A DNA stretch of 64,000 bases from Actinomycetota bacterium (GCA_016870395.1 VGBT01000009.1:15306-79305); one strand, 5' to 3'. Shown: positions 28,849-38,080, counted from the stretch's first letter. The notes: generated by a model not told the origin, from the letters alone. Translations and numbers: made by a program.

Positions 28849-28884
28849 GGTGACCGAGTGGCAATCGTTGTGGTCGCCGCTCAG
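28849..28884. repeat. hairpin repeat, family 2, copy B
   Basis: GGTGACCGAGTGGCAATCGTTGTGGTCGCCGCTCAG; 11-bp stem GAGCGGTGACC/GGTCGCCGCTC (28845-28882, one G-U); the TGA of the minus-strand gene (28881-28883) lies in the terminal CTCAG. Confidence 0.7.
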
Positions 28885-29513
28885 CCTGCGCCGATGATCG
28901 TGAACGACTTCGTCATGCGGTTGAAGCCGTCCTCCGAGTCGTTCGGTGCTTCTTCGACCACGGTGTAGAGCCGGTCGGGTGCGAGCATGAACAGCGCACG
29001 CCACCAGGTGTCGTTCCTGCGGAACGTGCCGTAGGCGACGGCGACGTCGTCGAACGGCACCGGCTTCGTGGAAGACACGACCCTCGCCTGGTGTTGCTTT
29101 GCGAACCCGTCGATCGCGGCGTCGAGGGAGGCGGGGTAGGCCTCGAGGGCCGACTCGGGTTGGGGGGTGACCGTGACCGAGTAGAGGTAGCCGGCGCCGG
29201 GCTTGCTCTCGACCCGTACGATCTCTCCGAGCGGTGACGGACGGGTGTGGCGGCGCCACTCGCTCGGCAGCACCACCCGGAACTGGTCCCCCACCCCTTC
29301 GTACAGGTTTCCGGCGTCCCCGTCGGCGTAGCGCGAGACGAGGCTGCCCGCGCTGGGGTCGATCACGCGTGTCCAGACGAACCATCCGGCGAAACCGATC
29401 ACGAGGAAGAGGGCCGCCCAGGCGACGATCGCCGCGATGATCCCCTCGCGCGTCGAGACGACCGGGATGGCTTCGAGCGGCTCCGCTTCGTCGGGCTCGA
29501 CGACCCGGGTCAC
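28881..29513 (-). CDS. membrane-anchored hypothetical protein
   Basis: N-terminal TM IIAAIVAWAALFLVIGFAGWFVW followed by soluble domain; no recognised motif. Confidence 0.6.
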   Translation of the reverse strand: MTRVVEPDEAEPLEAIPVVSTREGIIAAIVAWAALFLVIGFAGWFVWTRVIDPSAGSLVSRYADGDAGNLYEGVGDQFRVVLPSEWRRHTRPSPLGEIVRVESKPGAGYLYSVTVTPQPESALEAYPASLDAAIDGFAKQHQARVVSSTKPVPFDDVAVAYGTFRRNDTWWRALFMLAPDRLYTVVEEAPNDSEDGFNRMTKSFTIIGAG

Positions 29514-29535
29514 TGCGAACGCCTCGGTTCCGCCG

Positions 29536-30282
29536 TCATCGTCCCGAGCGTAGGCGGTCGGTGAACGCCGGTTGGTGGAAGGACCAGACCTGGTGCTCGA
29601 GCTCGAAGCGGACCGCGTCCTCGAACGCCGGCTGCCACGGTGCGTGTCGGAGCGTGGCCTTGACGCGCGCCGCGAGCTCGCGCGGGGCCTCGGCGGCGCG
29701 GGTCGCGAGCTCGACCGCTCGGTCCACGACCGCGTCGTCGGTCACATACTCCCAAGCCAGCCCGACCTCAGCTGCCCGAGCGCCGTCGAGGCGCTCCCCG
29801 AACAGGTTCAGCGCGGCCGCGGCCTGCGGGCCGATGGCGCGCTCCAGCAGCCACACGTGCCCGCCGCCGGGGTGCAGGCCGATGCGCAAGAAGCGCGCGT
29901 CGAAGCGCGCGGAACTGCCCGCGATCCGCACGTCGCACGCGAGCGCGAGGTTCATGCCGGCCCCCACGGCGGGTCCGTTGACGGCGGCCACCGTGGGCAG
30001 CGTGCTGTCGTAGAGCCGCAGGAAGCCGTCGTAGATGGCCCGGACCCCCTCGGGATCGCGCTCGCCCTCGCCGAGCGCCGCGAGGTTGCCGAGATCTGCC
30101 CCGGAGCAGAAGGCAGGCGGCGCACCCGTCACCACGAGGGCACCCACCGTCCCGTCGGCTTCGAGCGCGCCAGTGGTGGCGATAATCTCGTCCACCATCG
30201 GTGCGGACAGGGCATTGCGCCGCTCCGGGTCGTCGAGCGTCAGGATCGCGACGCGTCCGCGCCGCTCCACGTGCAGGGGCAA
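29536..30282 (-). CDS. enoyl-CoA hydratase/isomerase (crotonase) family protein
   Basis: ILTLDDPERRNAL, VVTGAPPAFCSGADL, VNGPAVGAGMNLALACD; TTG 30282 preceded by AGGAG, 10 nt after upstream stop. Confidence 0.85.
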   Translation of the reverse strand: MPLHVERRGRVAILTLDDPERRNALSAPMVDEIIATTGALEADGTVGALVVTGAPPAFCSGADLGNLAALGEGERDPEGVRAIYDGFLRLYDSTLPTVAAVNGPAVGAGMNLALACDVRIAGSSARFDARFLRIGLHPGGGHVWLLERAIGPQAAAALNLFGERLDGARAAEVGLAWEYVTDDAVVDRAVELATRAAEAPRELAARVKATLRHAPWQPAFEDAVRFELEHQVWSFHQPAFTDRLRSGR

Positions 30283-30292
30283 GGTCGTGCTC

Positions 30293-31336
30293 CTAGGTCG
30301 CGCCACCGTCGCGCAGGACGGCGGGTGAGTGGCGGAAGAAGGTCTCGACGTCGCGCTCGTATCGGTAGGTCGGGTTCTTGTCGCCGACGGCGCTCTCGAG
30401 CCGGAGGCTGCGGGCGAACGCGTCGACTGTTCCGGCCGTGCTGAGCCGGTATCGGAACCCCGCCCGCTTGAAGGGGCTGTTGTCGACGCCGCGCCCGTAG
30501 CGCAGCAGCGAGAGGACCTCGGGCGGCAGGTCGACGACCCGCAGCAGTCGCAGCGGCTCTGCCGCCCAGTTGGTGAGCACCGGCGGGAGCGCGACCCGGC
30601 GCTTGCCGACGATCGCGCACACCTCGCTCCAGGGAAGCGTCCCGTCGCCCGCGACGTTGTAGACGCCGGGGACATCGTGGATCGTAGCGTAGCCGAGCGC
30701 GCCGGTCACGTCGTCTTCGTGGACGAACTGCAGGCGCGGGTCGAAGCCGAGGATCTCCGGGACGATTGGCAGCCGCAATGCCTTCGAGAGCGGCGTTGAG
30801 ATGTCGTCGCCGAGCACGTTGCCGAAGCGCAGCTTGGTGACCGTGACGTGTGGGTTGTCGATCGCGAAGTCGCGCAGGAAACTGGCCGCGGCCAGCAGCG
30901 ACCGTTCGACGCGCGTGCGCGGCGCACGGGTGCGCGGCATCGACTCGCGGAAGAAGTACGGGTCCTGGTAGTTGGCGCCGTAGACGAGCGTGGAGCTCTT
31001 GACGATCACCTTGCGCACCGAGCTGCCCGCCGCACCGGCGGCGGCGAGGAGGTTCATCGTGCCGATCACGTTGATCTCGTGCAGCGCGCGGCCCGAGAGC
31101 TCGGTGGAGTCGACCACGAGGTGGGTGTGCAGGATCGTGTCGACCTGGGTGGCGCGCACGATGCGATCGAGGATCGAGTAGTTGGAGTCGGCCTTCACGA
31201 ACTCGGTGCGTTCGAGCGGGAGGCGGGGCTCGGCGGTGTCGAGGCCGACGATGACGTCGACGTCGTCGAGCGTCTCGAGCCACTGCGCGAGCCGGCTGCC
31301 CCAGAAGGTCCCGAGCCCGGTCACCAGCACCCGCAT
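30293..31336 (-). CDS. NAD-dependent epimerase/dehydratase family protein
   Basis: MRVLVTGLGTFWGSRL Rossmann motif; extended SDR-like. Confidence 0.85.
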   Translation of the reverse strand: MRVLVTGLGTFWGSRLAQWLETLDDVDVIVGLDTAEPRLPLERTEFVKADSNYSILDRIVRATQVDTILHTHLVVDSTELSGRALHEINVIGTMNLLAAAGAAGSSVRKVIVKSSTLVYGANYQDPYFFRESMPRTRAPRTRVERSLLAAASFLRDFAIDNPHVTVTKLRFGNVLGDDISTPLSKALRLPIVPEILGFDPRLQFVHEDDVTGALGYATIHDVPGVYNVAGDGTLPWSEVCAIVGKRRVALPPVLTNWAAEPLRLLRVVDLPPEVLSLLRYGRGVDNSPFKRAGFRYRLSTAGTVDAFARSLRLESAVGDKNPTYRYERDVETFFRHSPAVLRDGGAT

Positions 31337-32259
31337 CAGCCCAGCCAGACGTTGCGGCGGGTGCGGAGCATGTCGTACAGGGCTTCCTGGATCTGCTCGC
31401 GGATGCGGTCGGCCTCCTCCATCACGCGGGCGCGCGGGTAGCGCTCCTGGTCGGAGGGGACGTCGAAGTGCACGGGCGGGAGCACACGGATCTTGAACTT
31501 CGCCGGGAGGTAGGTGACGAGGCCGGCCGGACCGAGCAGCATCGTGTTGGCCGTGATCGGGAAGTACGGGATGTTCATCAGAGCCGCGAGCCGCCGGCTC
31601 TTGAACAGGATCGGCATCGACTCCTCGGCCCCCACGACCGCGATGGGGATCACCGGCACTCCGGAGCGCATCGCGATCTCCACGAAGCCGCCCCGCCCGA
31701 ACCGTCGCAGGCGGTAGCGGTCGCGGTAGTGCTTTCCCGTGCCCTTGGTGCCCTCCGGGAACACGAGCACGAGCTCGCGGTCGTCGTGGAGGAGCCGGTA
31801 AGCGTTGTCGGGATGAGCGGGGACGCCGCCGACGCGCGACCAGAGCGTCCCCACCACCGGCATCGCGCGGAACAGGTACTCGGCGAGCCCGTAGACCGGT
31901 CGGCCGAGCTCGGTCTCGATCCCGTGCATGATCGCCGGCGCGTCGGACGGGATCGCGCCCGCGTGGTTCGACACGCACAGTGCGCCGCCGTCGCGGGGGA
32001 TGTGCTCGAGGCCCTCCCACTCGACCCGGAACCAGTACTTGTACATCGGCGAGTAGAGCGAGCGGGCCAGCGACCGGACGCGCTCGCTGCGGCCCCAGGC
32101 GTCGACGTCGCCGCGGCGGATGGCCTCGTCGGCGGGCTCGAGGTCGAGGCGCTCTTCGTGGGGCACGGCGACCAGCGCGAGTCCGGGGCGATCTGGGCCC
32201 GTCAACGGCTCGGCGGTTTCGAGCGTCTTCACGTCTCGGTCGTCGGTGCGGCCGTCCAT
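31336..32259 (-). CDS. lysophospholipid (1-acyl-sn-glycerol-3-phosphate) acyltransferase family protein
   Basis: SNHAGAIPSD (HX4D), VLVFPEGTKG; stop overlaps next start by 1 nt. Confidence 0.85.
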   Translation of the reverse strand: MDGRTDDRDVKTLETAEPLTGPDRPGLALVAVPHEERLDLEPADEAIRRGDVDAWGRSERVRSLARSLYSPMYKYWFRVEWEGLEHIPRDGGALCVSNHAGAIPSDAPAIMHGIETELGRPVYGLAEYLFRAMPVVGTLWSRVGGVPAHPDNAYRLLHDDRELVLVFPEGTKGTGKHYRDRYRLRRFGRGGFVEIAMRSGVPVIPIAVVGAEESMPILFKSRRLAALMNIPYFPITANTMLLGPAGLVTYLPAKFKIRVLPPVHFDVPSDQERYPRARVMEEADRIREQIQEALYDMLRTRRNVWLG

Positions 32260-32314
32260 GACGGAGAGGAAACCTCACGACGGGCGTGGGCGCAACTTCT
32301 GTGGCTCTTGACCG

Positions 32315-33724
32315 TCACCCGGCTCGGGTTGCACCGGTGACGGCCCACCGATTTCCCACGAAGCGTGCGCCCATTCCGACCAGACGGGCCAGCATCCACA
32401 CCGAAAAGGCGGCCCACAGCCACAGCAGCGACGCGTGGACTCCGGCAACGAGCGCGACGAGCGGCGCGTAGAGGATCGTGGCCGCGGCCATCGCCTTGGC
32501 GAGGTACCGAGAGTCGCCCGCGCCGATCAGGATCCCGTCGAGCACGAAGACGGCCGCGGCCACGGGTTGAAGCGCCGCTACGAACCACAGCACCTGCTCG
32601 GCGAGCAAGGCGACCGACCCGTCGTCGGTGAAGATCGGGACCAGGACCGGCCGCAAGACCGCGGTGCACAGGCCGAGGACGATGCCCGTCGCGATGCCGA
32701 GCTCGAGCATTCGGGTCGAGGCGGCCCGGCTACCGGCCTCGTCGTCGGCCCCGAGGAGGCGACCGACGATCGCCTGGCCCGCGATCGCGATCGCGTCGAG
32801 GGTCAGCGCGAGGAACGTCCAGATCTGGAACGCGACCTGGTGCGCGGCGACAGAGGTATCCGAGATCCGCGCGGCCACGGCGGTGGTGGCGAGCAGGGCG
32901 AGGAGCAGGGAGCCGGTGCGGACGACGAGGTGGCCCCCGACGACGGCGGTCTCGCGCACGCCGTCGGCGCGCGGCATGAGGCCCGCGCCGGCACGGCGTG
33001 CGGTGCGGGCAATGATGGCGAGGAACACGAGGCCGGCGCCGACCTGGGCGATCACGGTCCCCCACGCGGAACCTGCGATGCCGAGGTCGAACCCGTAGAC
33101 GAGGACGAGCTCGAGGCCGAGGTTCACGACGTTGGCCGCGACCGCGACGATCAGCGTGGTCTTGGTGTCCTGGAGGCCGCGGAGGTAGCCGGCGCCGGCC
33201 AGCATGACCAGGACGAACGGCGCGCCGAGGAGGCTGATGCGCAGGTAGGTGAGCGCGTAGGGTCGAACGTCGGCCGAGGCGCCCATGCCCTCGACGACGA
33301 GCGGGGCGACGAGCAACCCCACGACGGTCAGGAGACAGCCCAGCCCGGCGGCGAGCCACACCCCGTCGACGCCCCGCTCGGCCCCGACGCGCCGGTTGCC
33401 CGCGCCGAGCTGACGGGCGACGGCGGAGGTGGTGGAGTACGCGAGGAAGTTGAAGATGCCGAAGACGGCGGTGAGCACCATGCCGGCGACGGCGAGGCCG
33501 GCGAGGGGGAGGGTGCCGAGGTTGCCGACGATCGCCGTGTCGACGAGGACGTAGAGCGGCTCGGCGATCAGCGCCCCCAGGGCGGGGATCGCGAGGGCCA
33601 GGATGTCGCGGTCGTAGGCGCTGCGCCGGGGCGGGACCCTCACCGTCCCGACGCTACCGACCCTCTCGTCGGGTGGCTGTCGCACCCTCGTGGGATCCTT
33701 GGCAGGTGGACGGTGTGCCGGCAA
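32315..33724 (-). CDS. MATE family efflux transporter (DinF-like)
   Basis: 12-TM-like profile, ILALAIPALGALIAEPLYVLVDTAIVG; start ATG 33724 or GTG 33643. Confidence 0.85.
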   Translation of the reverse strand: MPAHRPPAKDPTRVRQPPDERVGSVGTVRVPPRRSAYDRDILALAIPALGALIAEPLYVLVDTAIVGNLGTLPLAGLAVAGMVLTAVFGIFNFLAYSTTSAVARQLGAGNRRVGAERGVDGVWLAAGLGCLLTVVGLLVAPLVVEGMGASADVRPYALTYLRISLLGAPFVLVMLAGAGYLRGLQDTKTTLIVAVAANVVNLGLELVLVYGFDLGIAGSAWGTVIAQVGAGLVFLAIIARTARRAGAGLMPRADGVRETAVVGGHLVVRTGSLLLALLATTAVAARISDTSVAAHQVAFQIWTFLALTLDAIAIAGQAIVGRLLGADDEAGSRAASTRMLELGIATGIVLGLCTAVLRPVLVPIFTDDGSVALLAEQVLWFVAALQPVAAAVFVLDGILIGAGDSRYLAKAMAAATILYAPLVALVAGVHASLLWLWAAFSVWMLARLVGMGARFVGNRWAVTGATRAG

Positions 33725-34131
33725 TCCGCTTCGCCTCGGCGGCTCGGGATCTCGGAGCCGCGGCGAGGGCGGCCGGTCTCGCCGTCCCGTCGTTCCGCAG
33801 CCCGCCGCGTCTCTCCGGCGCCCGGCGCACGATCCGGCGTCTCCCGGGTGGGGCCGTCGTGTCGGTGCGCCTGCGGGGCCGACGCTACGAGGAGCTGCTC
33901 ACCGACATGATCGACGGCGTGCTCGTGGCCAACCGGGTCAGCGGTCCGGCCGCGGGGCGCCTGCGCCACGCGCTCTGGCGTGCTGCGGCCGAGCCCGAGG
34001 TCGATCTCATCGCAGCCGAGCGGGCGGAGCGCCCGCCGCCCGGGCCACGGCCCCGCGGAACCGTCGTCGATTCGCCGCCTAGCCTGCCCTTCGAGGCCCG
34101 GGTGGCGGAACGGCAGACGCAGGCGGCTTAA
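33706..34131 (+). CDS. hypothetical protein; 3' end overlaps tRNA-Leu
   Basis: ORF with segment FRSPPRLSGARRTIRRLPGGAVVSVRLRGRRYEELLTDMIDGVLVAN that looks like a conserved actinobacterial small protein (from memory, unverified); last 36 nt run into the tRNA gene. Confidence 0.4.
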   Translation: MDGVPAIRFASAARDLGAAARAAGLAVPSFRSPPRLSGARRTIRRLPGGAVVSVRLRGRRYEELLTDMIDGVLVANRVSGPAAGRLRHALWRAAAEPEVDLIAAERAERPPPGPRPRGTVVDSPPSLPFEARVAERQTQAA

Positions 34132-34180
34132 ACCCGCCGGTCCCATTCGGGGCGTGGGGGTTCGAATCCCTCCCCGGGCA
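34096..34180 (+). tRNA. tRNA-Leu (anticodon UAA)
   Basis: 85 nt: acceptor GCCCGGG/CCCGGGC, anticodon arm GGCGG-CTTAAAC-CCGCC, long variable arm, T arm GGGGG-TTCGAAT-CCCTC. Confidence 0.9.
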
Positions 34181-34222
34181 CCGACCGGAGCGCCGCGGGT
34201 GCACACCGGTACGCTCCCGGCG

Positions 34223-34627
34223 ATGGACGTGACCAACGCGATGCTCGCCGACTTCGCCCAGGTGCGTGAGGGGCTGCTCTTCGTGGCCTCCGGGGGGGTG
34301 ACCCGCTGCTACCGCGAGATGCTGCCCGCGCTGCTCGGCGTGATGCTGGCCACCGTGATCGAGCTCGACTCGGTGGAGACCGGGCGGCCGCACGAGGTGC
34401 AGGTGGTGGTGGTCGACGAGGACGGCAAGCAGCTCGCCGACATCTCGGGCGAGATCCAGGTGGGCGAGCCCCAGCTCATGATCGGCGAGAACCTCAACCT
34501 GCCGATCACCTTCGACCTGCGCAACGTGCTGGTCGAGCGGTTCGGGTCGGTCGAGGTGCGCTTCTACGTGGGCGGCGAGCACCGGCGGACCCTGCCGATG
34601 TGGGTGCTGCAGACCACGAGCCAGTAG
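34223..34627 (+). CDS. hypothetical protein
   Basis: 134-aa ORF from ATG 34223 with balanced composition (MDVTNAMLADFAQVREGLLFVASGG...); no recognised motif. Confidence 0.6.
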   Translation: MDVTNAMLADFAQVREGLLFVASGGVTRCYREMLPALLGVMLATVIELDSVETGRPHEVQVVVVDEDGKQLADISGEIQVGEPQLMIGENLNLPITFDLRNVLVERFGSVEVRFYVGGEHRRTLPMWVLQTTSQ

Positions 34628-34676
34628 GGGTCGGCGGGTCGCGCCGGCCCGGCCGCGCGGGGCGGCTCAGGTCGGG

Positions 34677-36227
34677 CTACGCCGGGTCGGGCACCGGTTG
34701 GGGTGGCGGCGGCCCCACGTACTGGGCGCTCGGTCGGATCAGCCGGTTGTCGGTGGCCTGCTCGAGGACGTGCGCGCACCAGCCGATCACCCGGCTCGAC
34801 GCGAACGTCGGCGTGAACATCTCGCGCGGCAGGCCGCAGCGGTCCATCACGATCCCGGCGTAGAACTCGACGTTCGTGTACAGCTTCCGGCCGGGCTTGA
34901 GCTCCGCGAGCACCTCGATCGCCTTCGCCTCGATCTGCTTCGCCAGCGCGAGCTGCTCGCCTCCCAGACGCTCCGCGACACCCCGTAGCATCACCGAGCG
35001 CGGGTCGTCGGTCTTGTACACGCGGTGCCCGAAGCCCATCAGCCGGTCGCCCCGAATGACCGCGTCGCGCAGCCAGGCCTCGGCGTTGTCGATGGTGCCG
35101 ATCGCGTCGAGCATGTCGAGAGCCCGGCTCGGCGCGCCGCCGTGCAGCGGGCCGGAGAGCGCACCGATCGCGCCGACGACCGCGGCCGCGAGGTCGGCGC
35201 CGGTGGAGGTGATGACGCGCGCGGTGAACGTCGACGCGTTGAACCCGTGGTCGATCGTGGAGATGAGGTACTGCTCGATCGCCAGCGCGTGGTCGGGCGG
35301 CGGGACCTCGCCCGTCATCATGTACAGGTAGTTCGCCGCGTAGGTGAGGTCGTCGCGGGGTGTGACCGCCTCGAGCCCGTGCTGCAGCCGGTGCAGCGTG
35401 GTCAGCAAGGTCGGCACGATCGCGCACACGCGCAGCGCCTGCGCGCGCAGCTCGGCGGTCTTCACGTCGAGCGACGGCCGGAATCCGAGGTGCGCGCCGA
35501 CGAGGGAGATGCTCGTGCGCAGCATGTCGAGCGGTGGCGCGCCCGGCGCGACGCGCGCGAGCTCGGGGAGCGCGTCGGCAACCGGCTCGGGGAGGTGGCG
35601 CAGCGGAGCGACCGCCGCCGCGAACTCGGCGCGCTGGGCGAGCGACGGGAGCGTCCCCTCGAACAGGAGGTACCAGACGTCTTCGAGGGTGCGCTTCTCG
35701 GCGAGCTCTACGGCGTCGTACTGGCGGTAGTGGTAGAAGCCCTCAAGGCCGCGTACGTCGCCGATGTCGGTCTGCGCGACCACCACGCCCTCGAGCCCGC
35801 GCGGCAGGTCGTGGGCGAGGTGCTCCGCGGGCTGGATCTGTGCGATGCGCATCAGGTCGCGCATCGAGACGATGCCCACGAGCACGTCGCCGTCTACCAC
35901 CGGGATGTGGCGGTACCCGTGCTCGGAAAGGCTCGCGAACGCGGCAGGAGCCTCCGCGTCGGGCGCCACTCGGTTGGGGTTCGGCGTCATCCACTCGCGC
36001 ACCGTGACGGTGCCCGTGTCCACGACCGCCGCGCCGATGCGCACGAGGTCGCGCTCGGTGAGGATCCCGACCGGCCGACCGCCTTCCACCACGACGACCG
36101 AACCCACTCGCCCCTCGCCCATCCGGGCCGCGGCTTGCGCCACCGTCTCGCCGGGGGTGGCGGTGACCACCGGTCGGCTCATGATGTCGGCGACCGTCGT
36201 GGTCTTCGCGGCGTCGGCTGTGGCCAT
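34677..36227 (-). CDS. citrate synthase family enzyme with N-terminal CBS-domain pair
   Basis: N-terminal ~130 aa has two CBS-like units (IMSRPVVTA...GILTERDL; VREWMTPNP...GIVSMRDL); remainder is citrate-synthase-like (GPLHGGAPS, MGFGHRVYKTDDPR). Confidence 0.85.
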   Translation of the reverse strand: MATADAAKTTTVADIMSRPVVTATPGETVAQAAARMGEGRVGSVVVVEGGRPVGILTERDLVRIGAAVVDTGTVTVREWMTPNPNRVAPDAEAPAAFASLSEHGYRHIPVVDGDVLVGIVSMRDLMRIAQIQPAEHLAHDLPRGLEGVVVAQTDIGDVRGLEGFYHYRQYDAVELAEKRTLEDVWYLLFEGTLPSLAQRAEFAAAVAPLRHLPEPVADALPELARVAPGAPPLDMLRTSISLVGAHLGFRPSLDVKTAELRAQALRVCAIVPTLLTTLHRLQHGLEAVTPRDDLTYAANYLYMMTGEVPPPDHALAIEQYLISTIDHGFNASTFTARVITSTGADLAAAVVGAIGALSGPLHGGAPSRALDMLDAIGTIDNAEAWLRDAVIRGDRLMGFGHRVYKTDDPRSVMLRGVAERLGGEQLALAKQIEAKAIEVLAELKPGRKLYTNVEFYAGIVMDRCGLPREMFTPTFASSRVIGWCAHVLEQATDNRLIRPSAQYVGPPPPQPVPDPA

Positions 36228-36348
36228 CGAGTGCTGCCTCCGAAGGTGATGAGAGGGTGATGACGGGCTTGCCTGGTTGGGCCGCGCACCAGTTTACAGC
36301 GGACGGCGCTCACCCCCGGCTGAGCGTTCCGGGCGGTTCACCCTCTGT

Positions 36349-36734
36349 TCACGAGGCCGCGCCGTGCCGCCCTTCCCCCGCGACGAACCGGTTCACCGCG
36401 AGGTCGGGTGCTGCGAGTGCGGTCGCGTCGAGCCGGAGCTCGTTGGCCATCGCCGCCTCGAACGACAGATCCCACTGGTCGAGCGCGGAGGCCGGGTCGG
36501 AACGCAGGCACGTCTGCGGCAGGTGGGCGAGGTCGTGCGCGAGCTCGCCCGCGCCGGCGCAGGACACGCCACCCGCCCCGTGAGGATCGCGACCGACCAC
36601 GCGTCGTCGCTCTCGAAGGCTCGGAAGGCGTCGGCGAGCGCGGCCGCGGTGGGCCGGTCGACGGCGTTGCGGGCCCCGGGACGGTCGATGATCACTACGA
36701 GCACAGGCCCGTCGGTCTCGGTCCGCACCGTCAC
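36349..36734 (-). pseudogene. decayed enoyl-CoA hydratase (crotonase) remnant: frameshift plus internal deletion
   Basis: GTG 36734 (GTGA overlap with upstream stop, GAGGAG RBS) gives VLVVIIDRPGARNAVD...WSVAILTG. The motif continues in another frame as GAGGVSCAGA. That frame ends with ...PDLAVNRFVAGEGRHGAAS, a crotonase-type C-terminus. Total is ~135 codons against ~250 for the family. Confidence 0.6.
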
Positions 36735-37345
36735 GGCGTTCTCCTCTCGCCGAGCAGGTGGCCGGTTTCGTTGAGCGATGCCAGCGATCGTGGCCCGCCG
36801 CGCGCGGCGCGCACCCGTGACAGCGACGTGTAGGCCGGGTCGAACCAGAGGTGGTGCTCGAGGCCGAGTAGCGCGCCGAGGTACACGTTGATCACGCCGC
36901 CGTGACATACCGCGACCACGGTCTCACCCGGGTGTGTGTCGATCAGCGCGTCGATCGTGGGGACGATGCGCGCCCGGAATCTCTCGGGTGCCTCACCGCC
37001 GTAGTCCTGCCAGCGCCCCTCGATCATGGCGCGCCAGCGCTCGTCGTTCGTCTCGCGCAGCTCCGCGACCGGGATGTAGTGGTCCGCGTCGGCGTCGTAC
37101 TCGCGCAGCCCGGGCAGGATCTCGACGGTGAGCCCGTGCGCGGCGGCGATCGGCGCGGCGGTCTCCGTGGCTCGCCGCAGTGGGCTGCTCACGACGTGGT
37201 CGACCGGCTCGGCCGCGAGCCAGGCGCCCAGCCGCGCGGCCTGGTGGTGGCCGGTCGCGGTGAGCTCCGGGTCGACGGGCGCGCCGTCGCTCTCGCCGGG
37301 CGCGATGCGCACCGGCTCGGCATGGCGGACGAGCAGGAGGTCCAT
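36731..37345 (-). CDS. histidine phosphatase (phosphoglycerate mutase-like) family protein
   Basis: LLLVRHAEP (RHG-type motif), SSPLRRATETA, VCHGGVI. Confidence 0.85.
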   Translation of the reverse strand: MDLLLVRHAEPVRIAPGESDGAPVDPELTATGHHQAARLGAWLAAEPVDHVVSSPLRRATETAAPIAAAHGLTVEILPGLREYDADADHYIPVAELRETNDERWRAMIEGRWQDYGGEAPERFRARIVPTIDALIDTHPGETVVAVCHGGVINVYLGALLGLEHHLWFDPAYTSLSRVRAARGGPRSLASLNETGHLLGERRTP

Positions 37346-37357
37346 GGTCGCGCGGCC

Positions 37358-37999
37358 TCAGCCGTCGAGGGAAAAGCCGAGGACGGACGCGAGCTCGGCC
37401 ACCGCGCTCGGCGCGTCGGCGACCTTGATCGTGGTCATGCCCATGGCCCGCGCCGGCTTGAGGTTGACGCCGAGGTCGTCGAGGAACACGCACTCGGGGG
37501 GCTGCACCCCGAGTCGTTCGCAGGCGAGCTTGTAGATGCGCGGGTCGGGCTTGCGCAGGCCTTCCACGGCCGACTCGACGACGGCGTCGAACGCGCCGAG
37601 GTGCCCGAGCGCGTGGGGAACGCGGTCGGCGGCGTCCTCGACGGGGGCCCAGTTGTTCGTGAGCGCTCCGACGCGCAGCCTGTGTGCCTTGATGGCGTGG
37701 ATCGCGGCGATCATCTCGGCGCGCGGTTCGAAGTCGCGTCCGATCTCGGCCATGAGCGCGGCCGCGTCGACGGCGCCACCCGCGGCAGCGCACTCCGCCT
37801 CGAGCTCGGTGCAGAACTGCTCGAAGGCCACCTCGCTGCGCTCGAGGCGGGCCCAGGCGCCGTGGTCGGCGCTCGCGGCCACGACCGAGCGGATGAACCG
37901 CTCGGGAAGCCCGTTGGCGCGCTCGTAGGCGTCGAAGGCGTCGAACGGCGAAGGGAACACGACCCCGCCGAGGTCGAAGATCACGGCTCGGTAGCTCAT
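37358..37999 (-). CDS. HAD-superfamily hydrolase (subfamily IA)
   Basis: VIFDLGGVV (DxG motif variant), ALTNN, GLRKPDPRIY, FLDDLGVN. Confidence 0.85.
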   Translation of the reverse strand: MSYRAVIFDLGGVVFPSPFDAFDAYERANGLPERFIRSVVAASADHGAWARLERSEVAFEQFCTELEAECAAAGGAVDAAALMAEIGRDFEPRAEMIAAIHAIKAHRLRVGALTNNWAPVEDAADRVPHALGHLGAFDAVVESAVEGLRKPDPRIYKLACERLGVQPPECVFLDDLGVNLKPARAMGMTTIKVADAPSAVAELASVLGFSLDG

Positions 38000-38080
38000 C
38001 GGGTCGCTCACCGTAGCGCCCGGTGGTCGGGGGTCACCCGTGGCGGCGGTAGCGTGCCGCGGGGCGAGGCAGGCGGGGAC

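Noticed and set aside
34096-36227. Integrated element or genomic island at tRNA-Leu
   Set aside because: There is no integrase, no direct repeat of the tRNA 3' end downstream, and the neighbouring genes are ordinary metabolic genes.
36319-36336. 18-nt motif GCTGAGCGT(T/C)CCGGGCGG shared by 36319-36336 and 41462-41479, each ~80-110 nt upstream of a minus-strand start codon (citrate synthase, LPXTG protein); considered as a shared operator
   Set aside because: A rough estimate (per-base match probability ~0.29 at this composition, ~4e9 position pairs) predicts tens of 17/18 matches by chance in 64 kb. There are only two copies and no flanking similarity.
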